A DNA stretch of 64,000 bases from Candidatus Marinacidobacterales bacterium (GCA_965224085.1 CBDCYI010000004.1:1824001-1888000), one strand, 5' to 3'; numbered from the stretch's first letter, positions 32,338 through 43,065 are shown. Notes: a model not told the origin generated them from the letters alone. Made by a program: numbers and translations.

Positions 32338-34035
32338 ACGCATCCCCAACCGATCGCCGGCCGGGTCATTGGGACCGAGGACGCAACCCCCCTCGAGTTC
32401 TGGGTGGCCGTATCCGAAGGACAGTTCCTGCAGCTCGACGACGTCGTGGCGCTCGAGCGCGAGCTTCCGAGCGGCGAGACCGTCCATATCTTCGGGATCG
32501 TGACCCAAGTTCGCGCGCGCCACGAAGGCGCGCGGTTCGACTCCGACGTCTTTCTTATACAGGACGGTGTCCTGCCGGCCCAAGTCAGCCAGGCCGCGCA
32601 CATTATCTCGACGCGGTTCGAGCCCGAGATTTTCGTACCGCCTCTACCCGGCCAGGCTGTGCGTCGAGCGGTCGGGGAGGAGCGCGAGCAAGCGCTCTTT
32701 TTCGATGGGATGAAATCTTCAAAGCGTCTCCCGGCGGGAATGACGCGGGATGAAGAGCCCGTCTATGTGAACTTGGAGTTCATCGACGGAACGCGCGGCG
32801 CGCACATCAATATTAGCGGTATCTCGGGTGTGGCGACGAAAACCTCCTACGCGAGCTTCCTTCTCTACAGCCTTTTCAACTCCGGAGTCCTCGGCGACGA
32901 TGTCATCAACACGAAGGCCCTCGTTTACAACGTGAAGGGCGAGGATTTGCTCTTTCTCGACCACGCCAATGCCCGCCTCAAAGACGAAGACCGAACACGT
33001 TACAAAAAGCTCGATCTTCCGGCGGAGGCGTTCTCGAGCGTCGAGCTCTGGGCGCCCCCTCGCCACAGCGATCGCAGCGCGGCCCCGGACGTAGCGACTC
33101 GGCACACCGGGGTTGATTCTTATTTTTGGTCCCTAACGGACTTCTGCCACGGGAATCTTCTTCCGTTCCTGTTCACGGATGCCGAGGACGATCGTCAGCA
33201 ATATACGATCGTCATTCAGAACGTTGCGGCGCGTCTGCGCGATGCAGAGCCGCTCGGTGACGGCGGCGTCAAGATCGAAGGGCGTGAGGTACGCACATTT
33301 CGCGAGCTCGTGAAACTTCTCGCGGAATGCGTCGAGGACGACTTGACGCGGCCTTCTTGGGCGGGCGCGGCCATGGGGCGAGGAACGGTGAACGCCTTCG
33401 TACGAAGAATCTACGGCTCGGTGCCGCATATCGAGCATCTCGTGCGCGGCGATGTAGCGAACGCGTCGCGCCACGCGATCCGCCAGCAAGCCCAGCTCAC
33501 CGTCATCGACCTCCACAACTTGAACGATCGCGCCAAACGTTTCGTCGTCGGGGTGACCTTGCGCCGCGCGTTCGAAGAGAAAGAGCGCTCGGGTCAGCCG
33601 AAACCGCTCTTGTTCGTCGTCCTCGATGAACTCAACAAATACGCTCCCCGCGACGGTAGCAGCCCAATCAAAGAAACGCTTCTCGACGTCGCCGAGCGCG
33701 GACGCTCTCTCGGGATCATTCTCATCGGCGCAGAGCAAACCGCGAGCGAAGTCGAGCGCCGCATCATCGCGAACTCTGCCATCTGCGTCGTCGGCCGCCT
33801 CGACACGGCGGAAGCCAACCGTGACGAGTACGGATTCCTAACTGCCGTTCACCGGCAGCGCGCCACCATCGTGAAACCGGGGACGATGATCCTCTCGCAG
33901 CCCGAGCTTCCCATTCCGCTCGTGACGCGCTTTCCCTTTCCATCCTGGGCGACCCGCCGAAGCGAAGCTGTGTTCCACAGCCCGTCGAAGACACCGACCA
34001 ACGGGGGTGGCGACCCATTCGAGGGGCTGACATAG
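32338..34035 (+). CDS. herA: HerA-family helicase/ATPase (HAS barrel + P-loop); native start removed by IS
   Basis: GRVIGTEDATPLEFWV, GAHINISGISGVATKTSY (bacterial HerA Walker A variant), FVVLDELNKYAP, AERGRSLGIILIGAEQ. Confidence 0.88.
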   Translation, partial: THPQPIAGRVIGTEDATPLEFWVAVSEGQFLQLDDVVALERELPSGETVHIFGIVTQVRARHEGARFDSDVFLIQDGVLPAQVSQAAHIISTRFEPEIFVPPLPGQAVRRAVGEEREQALFFDGMKSSKRLPAGMTRDEEPVYVNLEFIDGTRGAHINISGISGVATKTSYASFLLYSLFNSGVLGDDVINTKALVYNVKGEDLLFLDHANARLKDEDRTRYKKLDLPAEAFSSVELWAPPRHSDRSAAPDVATRHTGVDSYFWSLTDFCHGNLLPFLFTDAEDDRQQYTIVIQNVAARLRDAEPLGDGGVKIEGREVRTFRELVKLLAECVEDDLTRPSWAGAAMGRGTVNAFVRRIYGSVPHIEHLVRGDVANASRHAIRQQAQLTVIDLHNLNDRAKRFVVGVTLRRAFEEKERSGQPKPLLFVVLDELNKYAPRDGSSPIKETLLDVAERGRSLGIILIGAEQTASEVERRIIANSAICVVGRLDTAEANRDEYGFLTAVHRQRATIVKPGTMILSQPELPIPLVTRFPFPSWATRRSEAVFHSPSKTPTNGGGDPFEGLT

Positions 34036-34118
34036 AGTGCTTAGTGCTCGCTCTCTCTTTTCCTTGCATCGAGCAGCAAGGTGCCGATGACTTGCTTGAG
34101 CACCTGACGTAAATCCCG

Positions 34119-35273
34119 ATGCGCTTTCTTCACACGGGTGACTGGCATGTCGGCAAGACGCTTCGAGGACGAAGCCGGGCTGACGAGCATCGCGCCGTGA
34201 TCGAGGAGATGGCCACGATCGCAAAGGAGCGGAAGGTCGACATCGTTCTCGTCGCCGGCGATTTGTTCGACACCGCCTCCCCCACTTCGGAATCCGAAGC
34301 GATCGTCTATCGCGGCCTTTTGGACCTCGCCCATGCGAGCGAGTGGGTCGTCGTCATCAGCGGAAACCACGACAACCCGAGACGCCTCGCGGCCGTCGAA
34401 CCGTTGATGCGGCTCACGAACATCCGCGTGCTCCCTTCGATTGCGCGGCCCGATGAAGGCGGCGTCCTTACACTTCAGACCCAAGTCGGCGGCGCGCGCA
34501 TCGCTCTTCTGCCCTTTCTCTCGCAACGTCTCATCGTCAAAGCCGACGACCTCATGATGACCGACGTGTTCGAGCATGTGGGCTCTTACGCGGAGCGGGC
34601 GCATCGAATCATTCAATCGCTCTGCGCCGACAAAGCACCGCCCAAGACCGTGGACATCTTGCTCGCTCACGCGATGGTGCATGGCGGCGTCATGGGCGGC
34701 GGCGAACGCCAAGCCCATACCGTCTTCGAGTACAGCATCCCCACGACTGCCTTTCCCGCGACGCTTCACTACGCGGCCCTCGGTCATCTTCACCGCGCGC
34801 AAAAGCTCCCGGGAGCTTGCCCAATTTGGTATTCCGGCTCGCCTCTGCAGCTCGACTTTGGAGAGACACGCGACGCGAAGAGCGTCAACATCATCGAAGC
34901 CGATCCGAAAACCCCGGCGACGGTCGAATGCGTGCCGCTTGTCTCGGGCCGGCGCCTACGTTTCGTCAAGACGACGATGGAGCGTCTCATCGAGGTCGTC
35001 TCCGAAGCAAGTGACGACTACCTCCGCGTCGAGATCGACGCACCGCCCACACCCGGCCTTGCGGACGAGGTGCGCGAGATGCTCCCGAACGCCGTCGACG
35101 TTCAGCTCGCTACCCATCATCCCGGCCCGAAGGACGACGTTCCAACACCGCAGCGCATCGGCCGCTCTCCGCGCGAGCTCTTCAGCGAGTATCTCGCCGA
35201 TCGCGGCGAGACGGACCCGCGTCTCACGGCGCTCTTTAACGAGCTGCTCGAGGAAGTCTATGCGCCCGATTAA
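34119..35273 (+). CDS. sbcD: SbcD/Mre11 nuclease subunit
   Basis: HTGDWHVG, AGDLFD, SGNHD, ALGHLH, YSGSP. Confidence 0.95.
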   Translation: MRFLHTGDWHVGKTLRGRSRADEHRAVIEEMATIAKERKVDIVLVAGDLFDTASPTSESEAIVYRGLLDLAHASEWVVVISGNHDNPRRLAAVEPLMRLTNIRVLPSIARPDEGGVLTLQTQVGGARIALLPFLSQRLIVKADDLMMTDVFEHVGSYAERAHRIIQSLCADKAPPKTVDILLAHAMVHGGVMGGGERQAHTVFEYSIPTTAFPATLHYAALGHLHRAQKLPGACPIWYSGSPLQLDFGETRDAKSVNIIEADPKTPATVECVPLVSGRRLRFVKTTMERLIEVVSEASDDYLRVEIDAPPTPGLADEVREMLPNAVDVQLATHHPGPKDDVPTPQRIGRSPRELFSEYLADRGETDPRLTALFNELLEEVYAPD

Positions 35274-36140
35274 GCTGGAGCTCGAAGGCTTCACCGCCTA
35301 TCGCGAGTTCACGGCGGTGGATTTCGCGGGCGCGGACCTCTTCGTTCTCACCGCACCTACAGGCTCGGGCAAGTCGAGCATCATCGACGCGATTAGCTTT
35401 GCGCTCTACGGAAGCGTCCCACGCTATGCCAACCCGAACCTCGTCCATCCCGTAATCAGCCAAGGAAAGGTCGAGGCCAAAGTGCGTTTCGACTTCGCGG
35501 TCGAGGATAGTCTTTACACGGCTGTTCGCGTTGTCCGGAAAACACCTCGAGGCGGCGCAACGACGAAAGAAGCACGGCTCGAATCCAAAGGCCGGCTCCT
35601 CGCTGGTACGGCGGACGAGATGACACGGAAAGTACGTGAGCTTCTCGGTCTCAACTTCGAGCAATTCACGACCTGTGTCGTGTTGCCCCAAGGCGAGTTC
35701 GCGCGTTTTCTTCACGAGACGCCTGCACAGCGGCAAGACCTTTGCCACGGCCATTCTGAAAGAGCTTTCGAGCGGGCAATATTCGTTCGAGTACGACGAC
35801 AAGCTCAACTTCGACGTCGTCGATCACCGCAACGCGGACGCTTTCAGGAGGCGAGACTTTTCTTGCCTCGCTCGCCCTCGCTCTCACGCTCGCGGAGCAG
35901 ACCGCCGAGCTCGCAGCGGAAGGCGCGGCACGCCTCGAGTCGCTCTTTCTCGACGAAGGTTTCGGGACGCTCGACAACGATACGCTCGAGATCGTGGCCA
36001 CGGCCATCGAAGACCTCGGCGCGAAAGGACGCATCGTCGGCCTCGTCACCCATCAACAAAGCCTCGCCGACAAGATCGCGGTGCAGTTTCGCGTTGCCAA
36101 AGGTCCGGTCACGGCTACCATCGAGAAGATCGTCGCCTGA
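35260..36140 (+). pseudogene. sbcC: SbcC/Rad50 SMC ATPase: N- and C-terminal head halves only, coiled coil deleted
   Basis: MRPIKLELEGF..APTGSGKSS..VVLPQGEF, jump at ~35745, then TLSGGETF..LFLDEGFGTLD..GLVTH, TGA 36138-36140. Confidence 0.88.
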
Positions 36141-36278
36141 TGCCGCAGCGCATCGCCATCGAAGCATGGAACCCAGATTTTGGCTCCACACGAGCGAGCT
36201 CGAGCTCCGAGCTCGAGCCGTCGGACGCCCACGTGGATGCCACCGTCGAGCTCGCGCCGGCACGATGGAAGCCGCTCC
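36140..36278 (+). pseudogene. nurA: Probable NurA-like nuclease, N-terminal 46 aa only
   Basis: TGATG coupling to sbcC; MPQRIAIEAWNPDFGS..VDATVELAPARWKPL resembles the start of NurA-type proteins of herA-sbcDC operons. Confidence 0.55.
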
Positions 36279-39200
36279 CGGCCGTCATGAGGATCGGTCG
36301 AAGGCGCTCCTTGCCTCCGAGCTCGATGGCCGTTTCCCGGTCGTATCCCTCCCGCCTCAAGTTATTGATGTGGTCGATGAGTACGATGCCGTTTTTGACG
36401 ACGATGCCCATGAGCACGAGAAGGCCGATCTGCGCCATGAAGTTGAGCGGCGTATTCGTCACGAGCAGAAACCACGTAACCCCCCACAACGCAAACGGGA
36501 TCGAGAAAAGGATCGCGAAAGGATGCACGAGCGACTCGAACTGCGACGCCATCACGATGTAGATGAGCGCTACCGCCAGCAAGTAGTTGACGATCATCTG
36601 TTCGAGCTGGCGGTCCTGCTCCTGGATGCGCTCGCCGAAGGACCAACTGTAACCGACGGGAAAAGCCATCCCGTGCAGGCTCGCTTCGATTTGCTCGCGT
36701 GCACCGTCCCAGTCCTCTCCTTCATAGCTCGAGCGGATCGAGACTTGGGTCTTCCGGTTCTCACGTTCGATCGTTTTCGGCTTATCGACAACTCGGAATT
36801 CCGCCAAGGTACCGAGCGTAACGCCCCGTCCGTCCTCGCCGCTGACAACGAAGCTTTTCAAGTCGTCCAAGGTCGAGACGTCTTGCTGCGACATCATCAG
36901 GAGAAGCTCGACTTCTTTGTCCCCCGCGTTGTATCGCCTCAAACGGCGGCCGCCCAAAGTGAAGGCAAAGGTCTGGGATACAGTCTCCGGGCTCACGCCG
37001 TAATTGGCCGCGAGCTCCTCGTTGAGGGACACCTGGATCTCCTGGCGCGAGCTCCCAACGGAGCTCGTGGCGTCCTCGATGCCCTCGATGGTGGCGAGAC
37101 GCCGCTCGACATCCAACGCGAGCAGAGCGAGCCGATCGATGTGCTCGCCGAAGAGGTTCAACCGAAAGAAAGTGCTGTCACCTCCTGTCTCTGCGTCTTC
37201 ATCGTCGAACGTAAGCTTGGCGCCGGCTATCTTTGGAGCCTCGTTTCGAATCCGCTCCCGGACCGCTTTTGCTTCATCCTCGCTCACGTGGGACGCCGCG
37301 AACGTGAGGGTCGTGGACGCTTCGTTCTCAGCAAAGTGGCTATACACAGAGTCGATCTGGAGCTCATCTTGGTGCTCGAAGAACCAGGCTTCGACTTCAT
37401 TCACCGCTAGCTCTGCCTCTTCCTTGTAATGGAAGTCGGTGAACTCGTAGCCGAGTCGCATCTGTTTCTGGTTGACGCCGGCGAACATAGCCGTCTGGAG
37501 GCCGAGCCAGAACGGCAATGCCGTGCTGGCAAAAATAGCGACGGTAATCCCGAAGGTCGCCCAGCGATGGCGGAACGTCCACCTAAGAAGCCGCGCGTAT
37601 TGCTCGGAGATCCGGACGGTCCAAAGCGGCGGCCCCGCATCTTTCCCGCTCAGAAGCTTCGAGGCCATGAGCGGGATCAAGGTCATCGAAACGACGAGAG
37701 AGCTGAAGATGCACAAGGTTATCGCCCAGCCGAGCTCTTCGAGAAACACGGTGAGCTGGTTGCGCTGCCCCACGATCATTGGAAGGAAAACGATGGCCGT
37801 GGTGACGGTCGAGGCAAACACCGCACCCCACACTTTGCGAGCTCCGGTGATGGCTGCGCGTGAGGCGTCTGCGGGAGCTCTCGCTCCCACGCTATTGTGC
37901 TCCCGGAAGATCGACTCCAGCACTACGATCGCGTCGTCGACGAGAAGCCCTACGCCCAACATGAGTCCCATCATCACAAGGACGTTCAATGACTTGTCGA
38001 GAACGAAGAGCCCGACCGCGGTCGCGATGATCGACATCGGGATAGCGAGGCCTACGATAACCGTCGTATCGAAACGGCGGAGGAAGAAAAAAAGGACCAC
38101 CATCGCGAGGGCGCCGCCGAGAAGACCTTCGGTCATGAGCCCCCAGAGCCCGCTCGTGATCTCGGCGGCCTGGTCGTTGAAGACGAAGAGGTTGATGCCT
38201 TCGAGCGTCGGGTCGGCGGCGATTTCGTTCTCGATGAGCGCCGTCACTTGCCGCGCCGTGTCGACGGTGTTCGCCGTCGCTTCTTTGAAAACGGAGAGCG
38301 CGACGGCGTATCGGCCATTCAAATGACGCCCGATGCGGATGGGTGGCTCGCGATAGGTGATATCAGCCACGTCCATGAGCACCAGCCCCCGGTCGTTCAC
38401 GGGAAACTGTTCGATGTCGCCGAGGTTGTCGAAGGCTCCGAAGCTGCGAACGTGGATGACTTGGCCTTCGGAATCGAGCTTTCCGAGCGACACGTTCCGG
38501 TTGGCCGCCATGAGTCTTGCGGCCAAGTCCCCGAGGTCGACGCCGTGCTCGGCAATCTTCCCGAGCCTCAAGTTGATACGCACTTCGTTGGGCTCGACCC
38601 CGTTCAGCTCGACTTTGGCGACGCCGGGTACGCGGGTGATCGGATTGACCACGCGCTTTTCGAGCAGATCGTAATTCCCCGATAGATCAATACCCGGCGC
38701 CGAGATCCGTGCTTCCACGACCGGGATCTGCGTCGTGCTGAACGTGTTGATGACGGCGGACACGGCGGCCACATTCACGCCGGCGCGCGCGAGGCGGTCT
38801 TCGTGCACGTCGACTTGAATCTCTCGCTCGAGACCACCTTCGACTTTAACCGACGCCACGCCGTCAACGGCATCGAGCTCCTTTTTGAGCTCTTCCTCCG
38901 CGTATTGACGGAGATCGGCGAGATCGTTCGAGCCAGTGACGCCGAGCCGCAGGATGGGATCGCTCGAAGGATCGAACCTCAGGAGCGTCGGCTTGTCCGC
39001 ATCGCCGGGCAGCTGCACGAGGTCGAGTTTCTCCCGGACAGTCGAGCGCAGCGAAATCCATGTTCGTGTCCCAGAGAAACTCGAGAGTCACTTCGGACGT
39101 GCCGGCGCGGGAGAGCGACGTCAAACGCTTGACGCCCGAGATCACGCCTACGGCTTCTTCGATGGGCCGGCTCACGAGACTTTCGACTTCCGCGGGCGCC

Positions 39201-39364
39201 GCGCCTTGATAGCGGGTCTCGACCGTCAGGCTGGGGTAGGAAATGTCCGGAAGTAGATTGAGCGGCAAACGTGTAAACGAGACGATGCCGAAGATGACGA
39301 TCGCCACCGTGAACATCGAGACGCTCACCGGGCGCCGGATGCAGAAATCGACCAGGCGCGTCAT
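36279..39364 (-). pseudogene. RND (AcrB/MdtB-like) permease; frameshift ~39040, apparent splice of two paralogues ~38755, C-terminus cut
   Basis: IRRPVSV, GLLVDDAIVVLESI, GIVVKNGIVLID, RLRPILMTA then junction. Confidence 0.88.
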
Positions 39365-39376
39365 GACTCGAGACGT

Positions 39377-40072
39377 CTACCGGGTCAAAACGTCGACCGT
39401 CTCCCCGTCGTCGAGTGCCGTGTGGCCCGCCACGATGACGCGCTCACCCGCCGAGACACCGCTCACGACCTCGATGGCACCGCCGCGGGTATAGCCGAGC
39501 TCGACGACACGTTTTTCGGCCACGCCGTTCGCCTCGATGAAAAGAAAGTCTTGGCCGCCTTCTTTCACGACGGCGAGCTTCGGAACGAGCACGGCCCCTT
39601 CGCGCCGATCGGTCTCGATTTCAGCACGGACGAAAGCGCCAGGACGGACAGTCGTCGAGCGATCGATGACTTCCACCGTCACTTTGACCGTGCCCGTTTT
39701 TGGGTCGACGACCGGGCTGAGGTCGCGCACGCGGGCGCGGACGCCGACGTCCTCGCTCGAGGCTCCGGCCGCGAGTGCTTCGGGGACGAGTCGGACGGGT
39801 TGTCCGGGCTCGAGCTGAAAGACGTCCTTTTCCGGGAGGAACAGCTTGACGATGAGCGTACTGAAATCGGCGAGGGTGAAAAGAGGGTCGCCCGGCTGGG
39901 TCGCTTGACCGACGACGATCTCCTTCGCCGTAACCCGTCCGCCGAAGGGCGCTTTGACGTCCGTGTAGCGGAGCTGGAGCTCCGCCGTCTCGCGCTCGGT
40001 CCGGGCGAGCTCGCGGTCGAAGACCGCTTTTTCGTAGTCGAACCTCGAGATGAGCTCCTGGTCGAAGGAGAT
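39377..40072 (-). pseudogene. RND periplasmic adaptor (membrane fusion protein), C-terminal part
   Basis: VKAPFGGRV, SPVVDPKTGTVKV, RPGAFV, VLVPKLAV, GVSAGERVIVAG. Confidence 0.88.
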
Positions 40073-40300
40073 CTGATCCCATGCCGCGCTCAGCCAATCG
40101 GCCGCGAGCGCCGCGGGAAGCGTGCCGCCGATGGCCCACGCGAAGAAACGACCGCCCCCGCTCGTCAAGAGCCCGCCTTCGACCCCGCGCGCGAGCTCGT
40201 CGATCACCTGCTCGTCCGGCAAGCTTTCGTCTTGGAGCGCGATGTCGAGCCGGTCCGTGAGCTCTTCTTGAGTCGCGGTCGTTGCGACCGAAGGCATCCT
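40073..40300 (-). pseudogene. PLP-dependent (group II) decarboxylase fragment fused in frame to the adaptor
   Basis: GGRFFAWAIGGTLPAALAADWLSAAWDQ. Confidence 0.75.
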
Positions 40301-40543
40301 CCGAAAATCCTCCAACTGAAACCGAACTGAGAAGGGTCGAGAAACACTCGAACTCCGGGACTATGTCCTCAGTAGAGGGCGTATGTGATTCAGCGCCCGG
40401 AATTTGCGTGACTGAGGAGGGTCTAGAAGGGTTTGGACGGGTTCTCGACCGTCCCCTACGAGATGTTGACAGGGCATAAGGCGCTTCGAGTATCGGTGGC
40501 GTTGAAAAAGGAGGCCAAAGTGGCGGCGGGAAGGTATCCAGGC

Positions 40544-41380
40544 TTACGGTTGCGTGGTGGAACGAGGAGAGTCAGAAGAAGTGTCTTTAGCGTGGGCGGT
40601 ATGAGATCTCCGAGCGCGGAAGGACTTGCCGTTGATTTTGAGGATGATGGCGCCCTCGACGAGTATGTCGAGAAAGGCCATGGCGAGGGGTCCGTCGGCG
40701 AGATAGTCGGCCCACTTTTCGAAGTCGACGTTGGTAACGAGGGCGGTGGAACGGTACTGATGTCGGGCAGCGATGATCTTGTAGAGGAGATGTGCGGCTT
40801 CGGGGCATTCGGAGCGTTCGATTCTGTCGAAGCCGAACTCGTCGATGATGAGCAGGTCTGGGCTTTTATATCGGCGGAGTTTTTGAGGAAGAGTTTTGTC
40901 GGCGAGCGAGGCGGTAAGATCGGCGATGAGATCGGCGGAGGTTCGGTAAAGGGGACGAAAGCCCAGGGCGCAAGCCCTGATGCCGATGGCCTGCATGATG
41001 TGAGATTTACCCACCCCGGATTGACCGACGAAAATCAAGTTAGCGCGTCGGCGAATGAAATCGGCGGAGGCGAGTTGTTCGATCTGTAATTTGTCGAAAG
41101 CCTTTGGATTGAACTTCCAGTCGAAAGTCTCGAGAGTTTTTCGTTCTTGGAATCTGACTTGGCGAATGCGTCGCTCGGTGGAGCGTTCACGGCGTTGGTC
41201 GACCTGGTGTCCGATGAGATTTTCGAGAAAAGCAAGGTGAGAGAGTGCATCGTGGTCAGCTTTTTCGAGGGCTTGGTCGAGCTGAGCTGAGCGCAAGGGG
41301 ATGTTCAAGGTGGCAAAGTGAGCAAGACAACGCTCGCGGAGCTCATCGGGGCTCTTGGATTTATTGTGGTTCGTCGTCAT
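40544..41380 (-). CDS. istB: IS21 helper ATPase IstB
   Basis: KTLETFDW, GQSGVGKSH, LLIIDEFGF, NGKSFR. Confidence 0.93.
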   Translation of the reverse strand: MTTNHNKSKSPDELRERCLAHFATLNIPLRSAQLDQALEKADHDALSHLAFLENLIGHQVDQRRERSTERRIRQVRFQERKTLETFDWKFNPKAFDKLQIEQLASADFIRRRANLIFVGQSGVGKSHIMQAIGIRACALGFRPLYRTSADLIADLTASLADKTLPQKLRRYKSPDLLIIDEFGFDRIERSECPEAAHLLYKIIAARHQYRSTALVTNVDFEKWADYLADGPLAMAFLDILVEGAIILKINGKSFRARRSHTAHAKDTSSDSPRSTTQP

Positions 41381-41862
41381 CGGTTTTAGATCCGTCAAGC
41401 AGTTGTTGGTACTCGGATGCGGGCCGCGGTGACACGGCGGGTTTTCGCAGAAGCTCGTCGAGGCTTTGTCGTGCAGTTTCACTCAAAGACTCGAAAGTGG
41501 TTTTGGGCTGAGCCTGAGCCGCGAGGATGCGCTCGATGGCAGAACGGGAAAAGGCACGGTATCGAGTGGCCCTCTCCAGTGCAGTCTTGAGGTCGTCGAA
41601 GCGATAAAAGGCGTGAAGGGCGAGGATTCGGAGAGCTTCATCTTTGCCGAATCGCCGATTGCGGAGCAGTTCGTCGAAAAAGCGTTCTCCGAGGGCACCG
41701 AACTCGGCAAAGCGTTTTCGGAGTACTTCGATGCGCTGCTTGAGCGAGTGCGGGGATCGATGGCTTTGCTCTGTGGCTTTTTCGTCCGAGACCGACCGAG
41801 CGAAGAGTTTGTGGCGCGCGATCTCCTTGATATTGGGAGCGTAGACGACGAGCTCGTTGAGG
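41361..41862 (-). pseudogene. istA: IS21 transposase IstA C-terminal fragment
   Basis: Manual translation LVVYAPNIKEIARH..ALERATRYRAFSRSAIERIL..RPASEYQQLL-stop, overlapping the istB start. Confidence 0.8.
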
Positions 41863-41961
41863 GAGTGGGTTTACTCCCGACGCTCAAGTCTCGGAGAGGA
41901 AATGCTTGTTCCTCTCCGAGGCGTCTCTATGCTTGCGGACGCCCCGCTACTTTAGCTCACG

Positions 41962-42314
41962 TCAAGTCTGGACGTAACGAAGTTTACGTCCAAGCCTATC
42001 CGGAGCTGGGCGCAAAGACTTTGATCTCTACCGATGGAGGCACAGAGCCCGTCTGGTCGACCGACGGAACGGAGCTTTTCTACCGTAACCGCGACGATGT
42101 GCTGGCCGTTCGCGTGGACTCACCGTCGCCTGGAAAACCCGAGATGTTGTTTCGAAGAGCTTTTCGCGTAGGGAGCGACGATCTCGGTGAACGGCAGTAC
42201 GATGTCTCACCAGACGGCCGCCATTTCGTGATGGTCCAACGAGGGCGCTCGAATCAATTCAACGTCGTCCTCAACTTCCTCGACGAGCTCGAAGAGAAAA
42301 TACAGGCGCGCTAG
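41962..42314 (+). pseudogene. C-terminal PD40/TolB-like propeller tail (typical of Ser/Thr kinase-propeller proteins)
   Basis: SGRNEVYV..STDGGTEPVWSTDGTELFYR..YDVSPDGRHFVMV..VVLNFLDEL. Confidence 0.8.
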
Positions 42315-42364
42315 AGGACTTCAGGGACGACGACCTGCGGCGTGTGTGCCAGGGATCTCCATCT

Positions 42365-42406
42365 TTGACATGCGATTTTGATGAAAGTAGACTATTCGCA
42401 TGTCAA
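42365..42406 (+). promoter_or_regulatory. Sigma70-type promoter and operator of the TA operon, probably leaderless
   Basis: TTGACA (42365-70)-17 bp-TAGACT (42388-93), ATG at 42400; perfect 11-bp inverted repeat TTGACATGCGA / TCGCATGTCAA. Confidence 0.8.
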
Positions 42407-42630
42407 CGATGATCCAGATTCGCAACGTTCCCGAGAAGATTCACCGACAGCTGAAGGCCAGGGCGGCACTCGCCGGGACGACGTTGTCCGAGTACATTCT
42501 GCAGGAACTCAAAAAAGACCTGACGCGACCGACACGAGAAGAGCTCCTGGAGCGCATCGCCAAGCTACCCGGCGTGAGCCTTTCGAAGTCCCCAGCGGAA
42601 ATCCTCCGGGAGGAACGAGACCGCCGTTGA
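42400..42630 (+). CDS. FitA-like ribbon-helix-helix antitoxin
   Basis: MSTMIQIRNVPEKIHRQLKARAALAGTTLSEY; overlaps the toxin start. Confidence 0.9.
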   Translation: MSTMIQIRNVPEKIHRQLKARAALAGTTLSEYILQELKKDLTRPTREELLERIAKLPGVSLSKSPAEILREERDRR

Positions 42631-43022
42631 TCGTTCTCGACGCATCGGCACTCATCGAGCTCCTGTTGAATACGGAACCCGGCCGCCGCCTCGCCACACG
42701 AATCGTCAATCCTCGTGTGATGCTCCACGCGCCACATCTCGTTGACCTCGAGGTCGCGCAAGCGTTGCGGAGGTACGTTCGCCATGGCGAGATTAGTGAC
42801 GCACGTGCACAGATCGCGCTTCAGCACCTCGCTCTTCTCGATTTGAATCGCTACGCTCACTCTGATTTCCTGCCAAGGATTTGGGCGCTCAAGGACAACG
42901 TTTCTGCCTATGACGGCGCCTACGTGAGTCTCGCCGAGGCGATCGGCGCCACTCTGGTAACCGGAGATCGCCGACTGACCAAGGCCGCAGGCACGCGAGC
43001 CGTTATCGAGTTACTCGACTAG
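42627..43022 (+). CDS. vapC: VapC PIN-domain toxin
   Basis: IVLDASALIE, APHLVDLEV, SAYDGAYVSLAE, LVTGDRRL; TTG start overlapping antitoxin TGA. Confidence 0.92.
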   Translation: MIVLDASALIELLLNTEPGRRLATRIVNPRVMLHAPHLVDLEVAQALRRYVRHGEISDARAQIALQHLALLDLNRYAHSDFLPRIWALKDNVSAYDGAYVSLAEAIGATLVTGDRRLTKAAGTRAVIELLD

Positions 43023-43065
43023 CCGTTGCGCTGAACGCCTCATTTCGATCTTGTAGCAAGGACGT

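Larger units (their letters stand above)
40491..41865 (-). mobile_element. IS21-family element, right part
   Basis: istA tail overlapping istB; IR-like end TATCGGTGGCGTTGAAAAAGGAGGCCAAAGTGGCGG near 40491. Confidence 0.8.

Noticed and set aside
34576-37410. 944-aa ORF that might look like a novel SbcC fusion
   Set aside because: Only ~160 aa are real SbcC; the rest is off-frame sbcD/sbcC and antisense RND sequence
41466-42314. 282-aa plus-strand ORF as one protein
   Set aside because: Antisense of istA joined to an unrelated propeller tail
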